IMG/VR virus record: IMGVR_UViG_3300008227_000004
Reading direction: 5' to 3' (one strand)
Source of the DNA: a virus
Length of the DNA stretch: 64,000 nt
Both the position numbers and the translations under genes were made by a program. The notes under the pieces were generated by a model. It saw nothing but the letters and a program-made list of their open reading frames with translations, ran no database searches and was not told the origin of the DNA. Shown piece after piece: positions 9,960-20,114 of this stretch (within the stretch, counting starts at the first letter, position 1; every line of letters begins with the position of its first letter).

Positions 9960-10136
9960 CATACGAAACCACGAACTACCATTGTTTGATATCGGAGGGT
10001 GGACTTCTTGCACGCGTTACGGTATGATATGGGTTTTATTCGAAGACGAGGACAAACAAATGAACCCCGAGTTATACGACGAAGCTGTTGGTGTAGTTAA
10101 AGAATGCATTAAAACAGGTGCCCCTCCTTTTGGAGG

Positions 10137-10562
10137 ATGGCGATGAGTGTATCAAATATGCATATTATCCCCTCAGACGACGGGAAAGTTGTTATTAGGA
10201 TCGAATCGAATGAACCAACAATTAAGGACTTTGTTCTTCCGTGTAGCTCATTGGATTGTGTGCTTACGTTAATCACCAACCACTTGACCCCACATTTCAA
10301 TCCACCACCAGTTGCAGAAGCTTTTAGTGAGGAGTGGGGCACTGATACTGAATTGGCAGGCATGAAACATAGTTGTCGAAGTGGAACAAATCCGGCAGGA
10401 CCAGAAGCTAGATTCTCATGCAGTCATTGTGGCTTGGAATTGTTTGGTGACGAAATCGGATATGTAGCAGCAGGAACAAACTACGCCAACGGAGAATTTG
10501 CTCCTTGCCCTAAATGTGGTGAGGAAGGTAGCATTGAAAGAGATGATGAGGAAAACGAATGA
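10137..10562 (+). CDS. hypothetical protein with C-terminal zinc ribbon
   Basis: 141 aa; CSHCG...CPKCG. Confidence 0.5.
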   Translation: MAMSVSNMHIIPSDDGKVVIRIESNEPTIKDFVLPCSSLDCVLTLITNHLTPHFNPPPVAEAFSEEWGTDTELAGMKHSCRSGTNPAGPEARFSCSHCGLELFGDEIGYVAAGTNYANGEFAPCPKCGEEGSIERDDEENE

Positions 10563-11086
10563 ACGTACAACAATTAGTAGCTCTGGGTATGGAAGGTCAA
10601 GAATTTTCGTATGAATTCTTTTGGCGGGTAACTGGTAACTTAGGTTGTGCCAGTCAATGGTATGTTAGTAACACATTTACCGATGGAACCACAGAATACA
10701 CCAGTGCTGAACAATATATGATGGTTAAGAAGGCCATGTTGTTTGAAGATCACACACTAGCGGTACGCATGTTATATGAGCGTGACCCCAGAGAGGTCAA
10801 GAAAATGGGTAGATTGGTCAAAGATTTTGATAATGCAGTGTGGGATGAACACAAGTTTGATATCGTTGTAGCAGGAAATTTGTTGAAATTCTCCCAAGAT
10901 GAGCACATGAAAGAAGCGTTGTTAGCTACTGGAGATAGCATTTTAGTTGAAGCTTCCCCATATGACCACGTGTGGGGGATTGGGTTGATAGCTAGACACC
11001 ACCACGCTAAGATACCAACTAAGTGGCATGGTAAGAATTTATTGGGATTTGCATTAATGGAAGTACGGGAGAAGTTGAAATGTTAG
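10559..11086 (+). CDS. NADAR (DUF1768, YbiA-like) domain protein
   Basis: 175 aa; motifs SAEQYMMVKKA, KFSQDEHMKEALLATGDSILVEASPYDHVWGIG, NLLGFALMEVR typical of NADAR; paralog of 15969-16523. Confidence 0.7.
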   Translation: MNVQQLVALGMEGQEFSYEFFWRVTGNLGCASQWYVSNTFTDGTTEYTSAEQYMMVKKAMLFEDHTLAVRMLYERDPREVKKMGRLVKDFDNAVWDEHKFDIVVAGNLLKFSQDEHMKEALLATGDSILVEASPYDHVWGIGLIARHHHAKIPTKWHGKNLLGFALMEVREKLKC

Positions 11087-11319
11087 ATTGTATGGTATAC
11101 CAGGATGGTAAACTTGGTAGAGGTCGCCCTGGTAAGATTATTAAGAAGAGTGCACAACGAGTGTTAATCGAATTCACATTAACTGAATACGATTGTGATA
11201 TCGATGACTACACTGAAGTTACAAAACCTAGATGGTTTACTAGACGCAGACGGCAACAAGGCGGTGTGTATGAATGTAACAATGGTTGGAATTATTGGTT
11301 TTATGGGAGTATAGAATGA
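11080..11319 (+). CDS. hypothetical protein
   Basis: 79-aa ORF; overlapping start. Confidence 0.4.
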   Translation: MLDCMVYQDGKLGRGRPGKIIKKSAQRVLIEFTLTEYDCDIDDYTEVTKPRWFTRRRRQQGGVYECNNGWNYWFYGSIE

Positions 11320-11513
11320 CCAAATATGTCGTAATTTTAGTGTTGTGTGGATATATTGGTTATGGAGAATATCTAGTCAATCGCATGCACAGTACACTAC
11401 AACAATCTGGTGATGATTATACCGAATTCAAAGAGCAAGGGATTGGTGACTTAGCCAACAACGCTCGTATTGGTATATACAGTGACTATATCGAATTTAG
11501 GATGCAGGAATGA
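11286..11513 (+). CDS. small membrane protein
   Basis: 75 aa; N-terminal TM. Confidence 0.4.
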   Translation: MELLVLWEYRMTKYVVILVLCGYIGYGEYLVNRMHSTLQQSGDDYTEFKEQGIGDLANNARIGIYSDYIEFRMQE

Positions 11514-11857
11514 ACACACTATCATTGTTCGAGCGACTTCCATTGTCGTTGCGATCTGCTCAGATATGTGGGTGTAACTCCCCACGCATCAACATAACAC
11601 AAACATCATTCCGCATGGAGTGGGTGTGCAGGCATACTCCTATATGGGTGGAGTTGACATATAACGAAGATTTGTATACAATGTTGATAAAATCCAACGC
11701 ACCGGATGTTAGTATATTAGTGCGAACGATTCATGACATTGATCGCATTGGTGATCAAATTGAATACATAAGTGAATATTTGACAACCAAACCCAAACCA
11801 ATCTATCCCCCACGGGAACTAACAGAGAACGACTTATTGAATGGGTGGTGTGAATGA
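11510..11857 (+). CDS. hypothetical protein
   Basis: 115 aa; ATGA overlap. Confidence 0.45.
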   Translation: MNTLSLFERLPLSLRSAQICGCNSPRINITQTSFRMEWVCRHTPIWVELTYNEDLYTMLIKSNAPDVSILVRTIHDIDRIGDQIEYISEYLTTKPKPIYPPRELTENDLLNGWCE

Positions 11858-12369
11858 TAAGAGCTAACCTAATTCAATCGATTATAACTAAATTGTTTGT
11901 GTTGGATACGAACAACATCATAACCGGATACCGAACAATGGATAATGAGTCCGTTGTGGTGTGTGCTAGGAATGCTGCAACGTCGACCATAAGGTTTTGT
12001 GATGATGGATCGATTGTGGTGGGAACGGATGTAAACGATCGAGTTCGTTACGATACATCTACCTCAGGTATTAATATTGCGTGCAACAGTGTGATGAGAT
12101 CACTAACGTACTTGTTCGAACAACAACAAATATATGAGCATGGTTACGATATCGAAGGAAATATGGTTACATGGGAACAAAAAGATAACATAGCTATCGT
12201 TAAACACGACACCGAAGAACTGGAATTGCAGTTATGGAAACTGGAAAACGATCGACACCATGTTGTTCGAGTGGTGATTAAGTTTGGAGCCAAGACGTTA
12301 ACAGTACCATTAAAGGATAAACACTTTGGTGTTTTATCAGAAATTTACGATATTACGAGGATAACATGA
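11854..12369 (+). CDS. hypothetical protein
   Basis: 171 aa; ATGA overlap. Confidence 0.5.
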   Translation: MIRANLIQSIITKLFVLDTNNIITGYRTMDNESVVVCARNAATSTIRFCDDGSIVVGTDVNDRVRYDTSTSGINIACNSVMRSLTYLFEQQQIYEHGYDIEGNMVTWEQKDNIAIVKHDTEELELQLWKLENDRHHVVRVVIKFGAKTLTVPLKDKHFGVLSEIYDITRIT

Positions 12370-13052
12370 CATCAAATAACCAAACATTGTCTCTAGGAGA
12401 TTTACGCAACGCAAATGTAACACGGTTAGATCTACAAGTATGTTCTAAAGTGGATCACACTTGGATTCCAGCTCAATGGATGAATGCATTAGTTGGTGAA
12501 ATTGGGGAAGCTGCCAATTTTATAAAAAAAGTTGATCGGGGTGACAGCACCATAGACGAAACGCGTAATGATATAGCCAAAGAATTGGCTGATGCTCAGA
12601 TGTATTTGGACTTATTAGCGTACAAACTGGACATTGACCTTAGTCAAGCCACCGCTGACAAATTCAATGAAGTTAGTGATAGGCACGGATGCGATATTAA
12701 ACTTCGCGTATTACCAAAACAGAGTCGGAACTTACTGTGGTTGTTGATGGAATTTGATATCAACAGGTACCTAATGAGCAACGCCGATGGTAGGTGGGAT
12801 GGTAGTGAAAAAGCATCAAGACATCGGAACCTTGTAAACACATACGTTACAGGAGTAACTGGGTGCGATACCGATAACTGTTTCGATCATATTGAATATT
12901 GGGAAGCTATACACCGAACGACTCAAGCATTGACATCTCATTTGGATGAAGTAATTGACTTCCCCCTATTCGGTAGACCTGATTATGACGCACTTGCCCC
13001 AGAATTCTTTGACAAATTCATTGAATTGTGTGATAGTGTGCCTGTAACTTAA
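12366..13052 (+). CDS. MazG-like nucleoside triphosphate pyrophosphohydrolase
   Basis: 228 aa; EIGEAANF...IAKELADAQMYLDLLAYKLDIDL matches the MazG EExGE...ELADxL helix pair. Confidence 0.6.
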   Translation: MTSNNQTLSLGDLRNANVTRLDLQVCSKVDHTWIPAQWMNALVGEIGEAANFIKKVDRGDSTIDETRNDIAKELADAQMYLDLLAYKLDIDLSQATADKFNEVSDRHGCDIKLRVLPKQSRNLLWLLMEFDINRYLMSNADGRWDGSEKASRHRNLVNTYVTGVTGCDTDNCFDHIEYWEAIHRTTQALTSHLDEVIDFPLFGRPDYDALAPEFFDKFIELCDSVPVT

Positions 13053-13070
13053 CTTAAACAAGAGGATAGC

Positions 13071-13253
13071 ATGGCATCAGATAACACAGAATTCGAAATC
13101 GGTACGGGATACAATTGGGTCAATCAACCAGAACGACTAACGTACATGGGCAAATCTGGGAATTGGCACCAATTTGCAAAAATTGACAACCCGTCAAAAG
13201 TTTGGTGTGAAGTTTTGGATCAAGATCTGCGCTCGATGGAGAAGACGGTATGA
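13071..13253 (+). CDS. hypothetical protein
   Basis: 60 aa; RBS AGAGGA upstream. Confidence 0.4.
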   Translation: MASDNTEFEIGTGYNWVNQPERLTYMGKSGNWHQFAKIDNPSKVWCEVLDQDLRSMEKTV

Positions 13254-13363
13254 CCGAAATCCAAAAGAAAATGATTGAGCAAGCTAAACCAAAATTCATC
13301 CCATTCAAGGTGGTGAAACAATACGAACACCTAACACGAGAAATGTTAAGTCTGGGATAAAAT

Positions 13364-13633
13364 ATGTATACACAACAAACCGGTACCAAATTTGATGGTA
13401 CTGTAACCAGTATTTCATATGGAGCTGCAACACTACATGTTAATCAAGATGTATGTGGGGTTATTGCTATGTATGATGGTAGATCGTGCGAAGTCTGTGC
13501 GTTATACAAACAACAAAAAACTGGCTTTACTCAGTTTGTCTCGTTCTTATCCGAGGGCCACATGCGTGACTTCGAGTCGCGTGAGATAAATAAAGATTTA
13601 GACCGCATTTGGTGCTTAACTGATGACCTTTGA
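13364..13633 (+). CDS. hypothetical protein
   Basis: 89-aa ORF. Confidence 0.4.
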   Translation: MYTQQTGTKFDGTVTSISYGAATLHVNQDVCGVIAMYDGRSCEVCALYKQQKTGFTQFVSFLSEGHMRDFESREINKDLDRIWCLTDDL

Positions 13634-13847
13634 CCTGTTGAGACAAGGCCCACCAGTACCATGCTTGATTGAATTGGATAACATTGATGATCGATTAATC
13701 CTAACACTAACAGGGACCGCTACAATATTACCGAGAAAATAAAATGAATAAACTAAAACAATTAAATAGTGAATACAACATAATTTTAACTTCTGTGTTG
13801 TTTCTTGAGCTGTATATCGCATACCAAGGTGTGTATGGTGGGTAACT

Positions 13848-14033
13848 ATGTTTGAAATGATGTTAGCGTTATCCGTGTATTATATCGCATTGGCGCTCGT
13901 TGTGTGGATTGTTACCTTAATTTTCCAACATTTGTTGGGTGAAATGTTTACACACTGGACATTCGTTGGCTGGATGATATTCATTCCATTCGTGATTGCC
14001 ATCGCGTTGGTGATGGATTACCACCCGATATGA
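13848..14033 (+). CDS. small two-TM membrane protein
   Basis: 61 aa, hydrophobic. Confidence 0.45.
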   Translation: MFEMMLALSVYYIALALVVWIVTLIFQHLLGEMFTHWTFVGWMIFIPFVIAIALVMDYHPI

Positions 14034-14305
14034 CCAAAATAAACCTAAATCAATACCAACCACACCAACACATGGGGAAATCAAAACCAATATTCCCACT
14101 AGATAGAGAGATTGCAAGACTAGTGGTATTGGTATCATCAATAGTTGCTACGATAACCATTGTAGTAGTTGGTGTGATTTGGATAGTGCCACAATTAGAA
14201 AACATAACATCCTACCTCCCTCGCTTACCACAATCGGAATCATTCACTTGTACAGGTGGTGGTCCTGACCTCAACAACATTACCATTCGATGCGTTGCTG
14301 ATTAG
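14030..14305 (+). CDS. small membrane protein
   Basis: 91 aa; ATGA overlap; central TM. Confidence 0.4.
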   Translation: MTKINLNQYQPHQHMGKSKPIFPLDREIARLVVLVSSIVATITIVVVGVIWIVPQLENITSYLPRLPQSESFTCTGGGPDLNNITIRCVAD

Positions 14306-14323
14306 TTTCATATAGGGTATACT
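14295..14323 (+). promoter_or_regulatory. sigma70-like early promoter (TTGCTG, 17 nt, TATACT)
   Basis: GGGTATACT -10 context shared with other promoters in the window; 30 nt upstream of the 14353 start. Confidence 0.45.
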
Positions 14324-14352
14324 ATCTGTTTTTACATCAGACGGAATAACCA

Positions 14353-14988
14353 ATGAACAAACGAAACGACAATATACAAAAAGGTCTGGAAATGATCCGA
14401 GCAGCATACACCTCAGGTGTATATGTTGGTGGATCATACGGTCGACATTTAGTGATGCCCCAATATAACTACAATGACATTGATGTGTTTATTTGTGGTC
14501 CACGACGTATGGAGCAATGGGTAACCGATATACTACTAGCTCAATTATTCGATACAGTCGATAACAAAATTCGATACGACCAAGACGACCCACCCCACCC
14601 CGAAAATCCAGATTCAACCAAATATATGATGGAACACCAACACGGCAGAATCGTATGCACACTGGGTGATGTTACATTTGATCTAATATACTTGGATACG
14701 GATATCAATCACATCTTGGTTGAGCAGACAGCATCATCGTTAAGTTGCTTTTACCACGAGATAACATTTGATACTAATGAGATGCTACATTTAGTTGATC
14801 ACCCAATCACCAGAGAGGCAATAGGGGATTTAATCATTGGTAAAGTCTGTGTCATACACAAAGGCCGGTGCACCGATGAGCATCTTACTAAGATCAAACA
14901 AGTATGTGGAGCTTCAACATCCCCACTACACCTTGACGTAAAACCAGTATCATCAATAGCTGATGTATTAACCGGAACACAAAAATGA
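14353..14988 (+). CDS. hypothetical protein, possible minimal nucleotidyltransferase fold
   Basis: 211 aa; GGSYGR...DIDVF resembles the Pol-beta NTase GS...DxD motif (weak). Confidence 0.45.
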   Translation: MNKRNDNIQKGLEMIRAAYTSGVYVGGSYGRHLVMPQYNYNDIDVFICGPRRMEQWVTDILLAQLFDTVDNKIRYDQDDPPHPENPDSTKYMMEHQHGRIVCTLGDVTFDLIYLDTDINHILVEQTASSLSCFYHEITFDTNEMLHLVDHPITREAIGDLIIGKVCVIHKGRCTDEHLTKIKQVCGASTSPLHLDVKPVSSIADVLTGTQK

Positions 14989-15314
14989 TTGCAACCAAAA
15001 CCATAGAACAAATCATCATCGAAGCCTGCAAAGGTAACACTGCGGACGTATCGTTAAAAGAAGTGTATGCCGCTAGTTACTTTCAAGATGGTACAGAACA
15101 AGAATACTTCAAACACATGGCTAACATTCTTGGAAAAATTCGTGACAAATATATACCTGTTGACGTTTTTAATTTGCTATCTGAGCTCGGTCCCGAAAAC
15201 GACTGGAAATTCGAAGAAGGTGCATCGTATTGGGAAAAAGTCGTAATTTCACACACATCAGCAATACGATTAACCGAAGTTACTGCATTTGGAGATATGT
15301 TCGGTTATGAGTGA
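14985..15314 (+). CDS. hypothetical protein
   Basis: 109 aa; ATGA overlap. Confidence 0.45.
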   Translation: MIATKTIEQIIIEACKGNTADVSLKEVYAASYFQDGTEQEYFKHMANILGKIRDKYIPVDVFNLLSELGPENDWKFEEGASYWEKVVISHTSAIRLTEVTAFGDMFGYE

Positions 15315-15546
15315 TGTACCAATTGAACGGTTCATTGAACAATTGGGGCTTGACTACCATGTGTTACCGGGGTATGATATATACATGGTTGATTGTGGAC
15401 ATGGTATGTTTGCTAGATGCTTCTACGTCGACCAAAAAATACTTGTCATGTTAGCTAGAAGTGAGTGGGTTATCGACACACAACAAGAAGCGGACCAGGC
15501 ATGCAAAGATATACACACTTTTATAGGAAATACTGAAAATGGCTGA
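15289..15546 (+). CDS. hypothetical protein
   Basis: 85 aa. Confidence 0.4.
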   Translation: MEICSVMSDVPIERFIEQLGLDYHVLPGYDIYMVDCGHGMFARCFYVDQKILVMLARSEWVIDTQQEADQACKDIHTFIGNTENG

Positions 15547-15573
15547 ATTTATTGTAGATTTGTTCACAAGCTT

Positions 15574-15969
15574 ATGTTTGACAATTATCGAAACTGTGAT
15601 GTTCTGGAGAACCAAGAAATGAAAACAGAAGAACACGTTAGCGGATTGATGACGTTACTATGCCACAAACTACCACACGACGCTAATGTGGCAGTTTGTG
15701 GCATAAGCACGAACACTCGCATCATCGAATTTCCTACATACAAATTGCAGGTATCACTCGATTACACCGATGGCACGGTGGATATCAGTTTACCATCCGG
15801 CACATTCGTTATAAAGACCGAAGACGATGTCCAACGTTTCATTGACCAACTGGAAGATACTTCACATTCGTTGTTGCCACCTGAATTATCACCACTACCA
15901 GATTCTTACTTGGTGAAGGATTTAACAATCAGACAACTACGTCAACTATTACAAGAATCACGAGGATAA
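15574..15969 (+). CDS. hypothetical protein
   Basis: 131 aa. Confidence 0.45.
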   Translation: MFDNYRNCDVLENQEMKTEEHVSGLMTLLCHKLPHDANVAVCGISTNTRIIEFPTYKLQVSLDYTDGTVDISLPSGTFVIKTEDDVQRFIDQLEDTSHSLLPPELSPLPDSYLVKDLTIRQLRQLLQESRG

Positions 15970-16523
15970 TGATGAACACAAAAAAAGAACTCATCCAAGC
16001 AATACGGAATGGATTTGAACCAACCTTTAGTTATTTTTGGGGTGTTACTGACTTCTATAAACAACCCACACCACTAGGTTGCTTAAATTTGTGGAGTCCA
16101 CACTCTATCACTGATGGTACACGAACATTCAATTGTGGTGAACAAGCAATGGTTGTTACAAAAGCATTGATGTTTGGTGATGTAGCCACAGCAGATGCTA
16201 TTATGAAGATCACCAGACCAATTGACATGAAAGCTAAAGTCGTTGGGATTGATAAAGAACAGTGGAGCGAACACCTATTTAACGTCTTGGTACGTATAAA
16301 TGTGCTCAAGGCTATCCAACACCGTGAAGTTATGGACACTTTGATGGCAACTGGTGAAGATATCCTCGTTGGTGCTAGTACGTATGATACTGTTCTCGGT
16401 ATTGGTACATATGCAGCTCGAGCTAAAAAGCTAACCGTAGAAGAGTGGGAAGGTGAGAACGTGTTAGGCTTCGCATGGATGGCTGTTCGAGATCAATTCA
16501 ATGACAACCCATTACCATTTTAA
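15969..16523 (+). CDS. NADAR (DUF1768) domain protein, second paralog
   Basis: 184 aa; aligns along its length with the 10559 ORF (FSYFWGVT, GEQAMVVTKALMFGD, LMATGEDILVGASTYDTVLGIG, NVLGFAWMAVR). Confidence 0.7.
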   Translation: MMNTKKELIQAIRNGFEPTFSYFWGVTDFYKQPTPLGCLNLWSPHSITDGTRTFNCGEQAMVVTKALMFGDVATADAIMKITRPIDMKAKVVGIDKEQWSEHLFNVLVRINVLKAIQHREVMDTLMATGEDILVGASTYDTVLGIGTYAARAKKLTVEEWEGENVLGFAWMAVRDQFNDNPLPF

Positions 16524-16946
16524 ATGCAAACATTAAATACAAATACAATGAACTCACTAACGTTAGATGCTATATGCTCCACAATACGTGACAACCTAAT
16601 CGACCCAACGGATCTACAAGTAACACACCGAGGTGGACCAGCGACTGATTCAAACACCACACTAATTCTAACACACAACATACAATACCGTTGTATGTTA
16701 CTGCATGATGGTTCTGGTGTTATTGTTACAGTTAGGGGGGTTGATTGTTTTGTTAGTACTCCAACACAGGTACAAGACATTGCATCATCTATATTGCAAG
16801 ATTATCAACAACAACTGGATGAGCTAGACAGTACTACCGATTTAGTGCAATCACGTTCCGAGAAACGACCACCAACACTAACACTAGACCTGACTGGTTT
16901 ATCTCCTGATCAGGTTGCTAGAATATTGATTATCACTAAGGAATAA
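16524..16946 (+). CDS. hypothetical protein
   Basis: 140 aa. Confidence 0.45.
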   Translation: MQTLNTNTMNSLTLDAICSTIRDNLIDPTDLQVTHRGGPATDSNTTLILTHNIQYRCMLLHDGSGVIVTVRGVDCFVSTPTQVQDIASSILQDYQQQLDELDSTTDLVQSRSEKRPPTLTLDLTGLSPDQVARILIITKE

Positions 16947-16948
16947 AA

Positions 16949-17305
16949 ATGAGCGACAATGAGTGTCACTTCGGTAGGCTAATTCCAATCGAACAAAAAG
17001 AAACCCTGGAAGCTACTGCAAAATTTCATTTGGAGGCTCTTGGTGTGACGGATAGAGACTTCGATGATTTTACCACGTCGTGGTTGGATTATATGAAACA
17101 CAACATGGGTGCATTTGATAACAAATTTGCTCACATACACAATGGAAAAATATATCGAATCGAAAACGAACAGCTAGATGAATATGGATTTTCACGCTCA
17201 CAAGAAAAAGAAGATGGAACCATCGAATACCAACTATTATTTTATAACGGCGGTGGCAGCTTCGATGAAGTCCTGGATTCCGCTCTGGCTAGAGTATCCA
17301 CATGA
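16949..17305 (+). CDS. hypothetical protein
   Basis: 118 aa. Confidence 0.45.
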   Translation: MSDNECHFGRLIPIEQKETLEATAKFHLEALGVTDRDFDDFTTSWLDYMKHNMGAFDNKFAHIHNGKIYRIENEQLDEYGFSRSQEKEDGTIEYQLLFYNGGGSFDEVLDSALARVST

Positions 17306-17694
17306 TTGTTGACAATGTAATAATTTTCAAATATGATGATGACACATCTAACTTAAAATTGACTAGATGTCATGCAGAGCATATAGAAGAGTTGTGTCAA
17401 AATGTAGTTCGAGAAGTGTTCATCCAACAAAACCTCAATTCTACTGAAATAGACATATACCGTATAGTCGGTTCAGCTAAAAACGTAAGGTGCACCGATG
17501 ATGCACTGGTATGTGATATGCATCTATACGACACACCAAATGGTGCTATATTCAAGACCCACATTTTAAATCATGGTACGTCTAGCATTGACCTATCGAT
17601 AGCGTTGATCTGCAATAAAGATGCAAATGGTGTGAAATGTGATGGTCACTTAAATGTCATCGGATTATCCATAACTGATAAGGCAACAAAATGA
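17302..17694 (+). CDS. hypothetical protein
   Basis: 130 aa; ATGA overlap. Confidence 0.45.
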   Translation: MIVDNVIIFKYDDDTSNLKLTRCHAEHIEELCQNVVREVFIQQNLNSTEIDIYRIVGSAKNVRCTDDALVCDMHLYDTPNGAIFKTHILNHGTSSIDLSIALICNKDANGVKCDGHLNVIGLSITDKATK

Positions 17695-18881
17695 AAACCA
17701 ATTTATTTATACCTTCAAAAATTCGCGTAGGTTTTAGAAAGCGTAGTGATACGTTTACTGGTATGTTAGCATACGTCATCTATTATGACGAAAAAGGTAA
17801 GATTAGAAAAGAAAAATCGTGGACAGGGTGGTGCGACGATTCTATAACCACACTGGAAATCGACAACGATCCACGCAATGGCTACATTTTCAACAAAGGT
17901 GTCAAGCGGGATGGGCATTGGGGTAGCGGTCGTAGTGTTATCCGTGTGTACGATCCACGCGACTTTGAGTTTGAAATATCAGTTGACAACTTAATCGGTT
18001 TGTTGATGCACAGTGATGTATCAAAACGCGATATCGTCGAAGATTGTGTGTTTGCTTGGAGTGGTGCTGACTTGGTATTACTACCAACAAACTCCGTTGA
18101 ATATACCGAATCAGTCGAGTACACAGCTAAACAATCACTCAAAGTAAGCGCTCGTGATCTTGTTGTTGGTCGACAATACGGTCAAAAGAAACACAGCGGA
18201 ATACTAACATACATTGGTAGGTTTCCATGGCTTACATCAGAATATAAGTATGGTTACAGCTCTGACATCGATCAACAGCGATACCAAAAGGATAAAGGCA
18301 AAAAACACATATTTGTTAATAGTGCTGGTACATTCTTTCCAACCCCTGCAACAACGCTGAGTCACGAAATAAGCACGAGTGAAGTAAGTAACGTCGCCGA
18401 TTTAATCGATAAATACTTCCACACATCAAACTCCCAACGTATAAAATCGTTTGTAGTGAGAAGTGCTGCCACCCAGGATGTTTCCAATCGATCATACGTT
18501 GAACTGCACAAGATTGAAGATGATCGAATTATCAAGGCGTACTTGTACGCGTATGGGCAGAACACAACTAACCTGGAACGACAACCAATCTCGATATCCT
18601 TCGACGACATCAAAACCGACGAAGATGGACATTTGATTCGAGTGTTATTTAATTCAGCTCGGACAAATTATAATTACTACAACCGGATATCCGATAAGCG
18701 ACGGTTGTTGGAAACATACCAACAGAACGTAACACAACAACTGCGTACAATGCTACGAGATGCTGACATTGATGTTACAAAAGCCACACGCGAAAACATA
18801 TTTGCTGGATTGATCGAAATGGGGTATGGTGATCTGCATATCGTATTAGAAAATGGGAACACAATCCCCAACAAAACATAG
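17691..18881 (+). CDS. hypothetical protein (396 aa)
   Basis: long ORF with ATGA overlap; no recognisable motif. Confidence 0.55.
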   Translation: MKTNLFIPSKIRVGFRKRSDTFTGMLAYVIYYDEKGKIRKEKSWTGWCDDSITTLEIDNDPRNGYIFNKGVKRDGHWGSGRSVIRVYDPRDFEFEISVDNLIGLLMHSDVSKRDIVEDCVFAWSGADLVLLPTNSVEYTESVEYTAKQSLKVSARDLVVGRQYGQKKHSGILTYIGRFPWLTSEYKYGYSSDIDQQRYQKDKGKKHIFVNSAGTFFPTPATTLSHEISTSEVSNVADLIDKYFHTSNSQRIKSFVVRSAATQDVSNRSYVELHKIEDDRIIKAYLYAYGQNTTNLERQPISISFDDIKTDEDGHLIRVLFNSARTNYNYYNRISDKRRLLETYQQNVTQQLRTMLRDADIDVTKATRENIFAGLIEMGYGDLHIVLENGNTIPNKT

Positions 18882-19335
18882 GAATAATATTAAAATGGCC
18901 AATGAACAATTAGATAAACAAATAAAAACATTATTCGATACGCTCATGAAGCGCAAAAAAAGCGTAGACGCGGATGAAACAAAAATTAAACGATCATGGA
19001 AAACGAACTGCTCATTCACGCGTGATGGGGTAGCACAACCAATTAACATTCAAGTAGCATGCGAAGCAACCATACTAGACGTATACTCCCAAATGTTAAT
19101 GACGCGTGACTATGAAACAAAAGCAGCCATCATTTTGGGCCTTGATGTATCCTCACAGGTTTGTGGGTTTGAATTGGATGATTGGGTTGATGATTTCAAA
19201 AAACGGATAGCATCTATTCATATCAAATCAAAAAAACGCAAGTTGCTTGAATTGGAAACACGGTTAGAAGCTATCATCTCACCAGAACAACGTCGTGAAA
19301 TGGAATTGGAAGCGATAATGAAAGAGCTGGAATAG
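18853..19335 (+). CDS. hypothetical coiled-coil protein (start may be the ATG at 18895)
   Basis: 160 aa; lysine-rich coiled coil. Confidence 0.45.
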   Translation: MGTQSPTKHRNNIKMANEQLDKQIKTLFDTLMKRKKSVDADETKIKRSWKTNCSFTRDGVAQPINIQVACEATILDVYSQMLMTRDYETKAAIILGLDVSSQVCGFELDDWVDDFKKRIASIHIKSKKRKLLELETRLEAIISPEQRREMELEAIMKELE

Positions 19336-19760
19336 TGGGTATCCTGATATCGTTGTTGTTGGGCTTTGCTGTTGGGTGGTGGATACTTATCATCCATCAT
19401 CGCAGTTCCCAACGGCAAGCGCTACAGTCATCGATAGCCAAATGGAATGGCATCATATTCGAAAATAAAGCGGATGGGGGTCACACCGATTGTGCTTGTT
19501 GCCAAGCATTCATGTTACAACATCAGTCGTTGTGTCAATATTGCCCCATTGCCGAATACGTAGGGGCTGCATCATGTGATGGTACACCATATACTGCCTG
19601 GTACCTCAACAGACAAACAATGGGTGAGCCCAATCGCACCAGAGTTGTATCTGATAAGCAATCGCTATCGTTGGCAATCGATGAATTAGCGTTTTTACAT
19701 ACAGTTCTGGACAATTTAACCAACACACCATGGTGGGCACTCAATGTCGATAAGGCTTAA
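19335..19760 (+). CDS. Cys-rich hypothetical protein (paralog of 2042-2413)
   Basis: 141 aa; N-terminal TM; CACCQ...CQYC...CDGTPYTAW motif shared with the 2042 ORF. Confidence 0.5.
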   Translation: MGILISLLLGFAVGWWILIIHHRSSQRQALQSSIAKWNGIIFENKADGGHTDCACCQAFMLQHQSLCQYCPIAEYVGAASCDGTPYTAWYLNRQTMGEPNRTRVVSDKQSLSLAIDELAFLHTVLDNLTNTPWWALNVDKA

Positions 19761-19811
19761 TGTAGTTGCATCACCCCCAACACAATATTATACACCAACC
19801 GAGAGATAACC

Positions 19812-20114
19812 ATGTTTGAATTTGTAATGCTATGTACAGTAATATTCGCATTGTTGATATTTGTCCAAAGTAAATACTTCCCAATGCAACGCAGTAACAA
19901 GCCTATCGATCCATATTACGAGGATTGGCTTGAAATCGTAGACACAGCTTGGGATTACCGAGATGATCCAGTTGAACGTGGAGTATTATCGGAGTGCTTT
20001 TACTGCAAAACAGTAATACTGCATGATGGTGATGGTGATGATTTCGATACACCTATCCCAGAATCCCACTGTACCCACTGTACAACCGAAGCTACGAGAT
20101 ATTTGTGTGGTTGA
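19812..20114 (+). CDS. membrane-anchored Cys-rich hypothetical protein
   Basis: 100 aa; N-terminal TM; CFYC...CTHC. Confidence 0.45.
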   Translation: MFEFVMLCTVIFALLIFVQSKYFPMQRSNKPIDPYYEDWLEIVDTAWDYRDDPVERGVLSECFYCKTVILHDGDGDDFDTPIPESHCTHCTTEATRYLCG

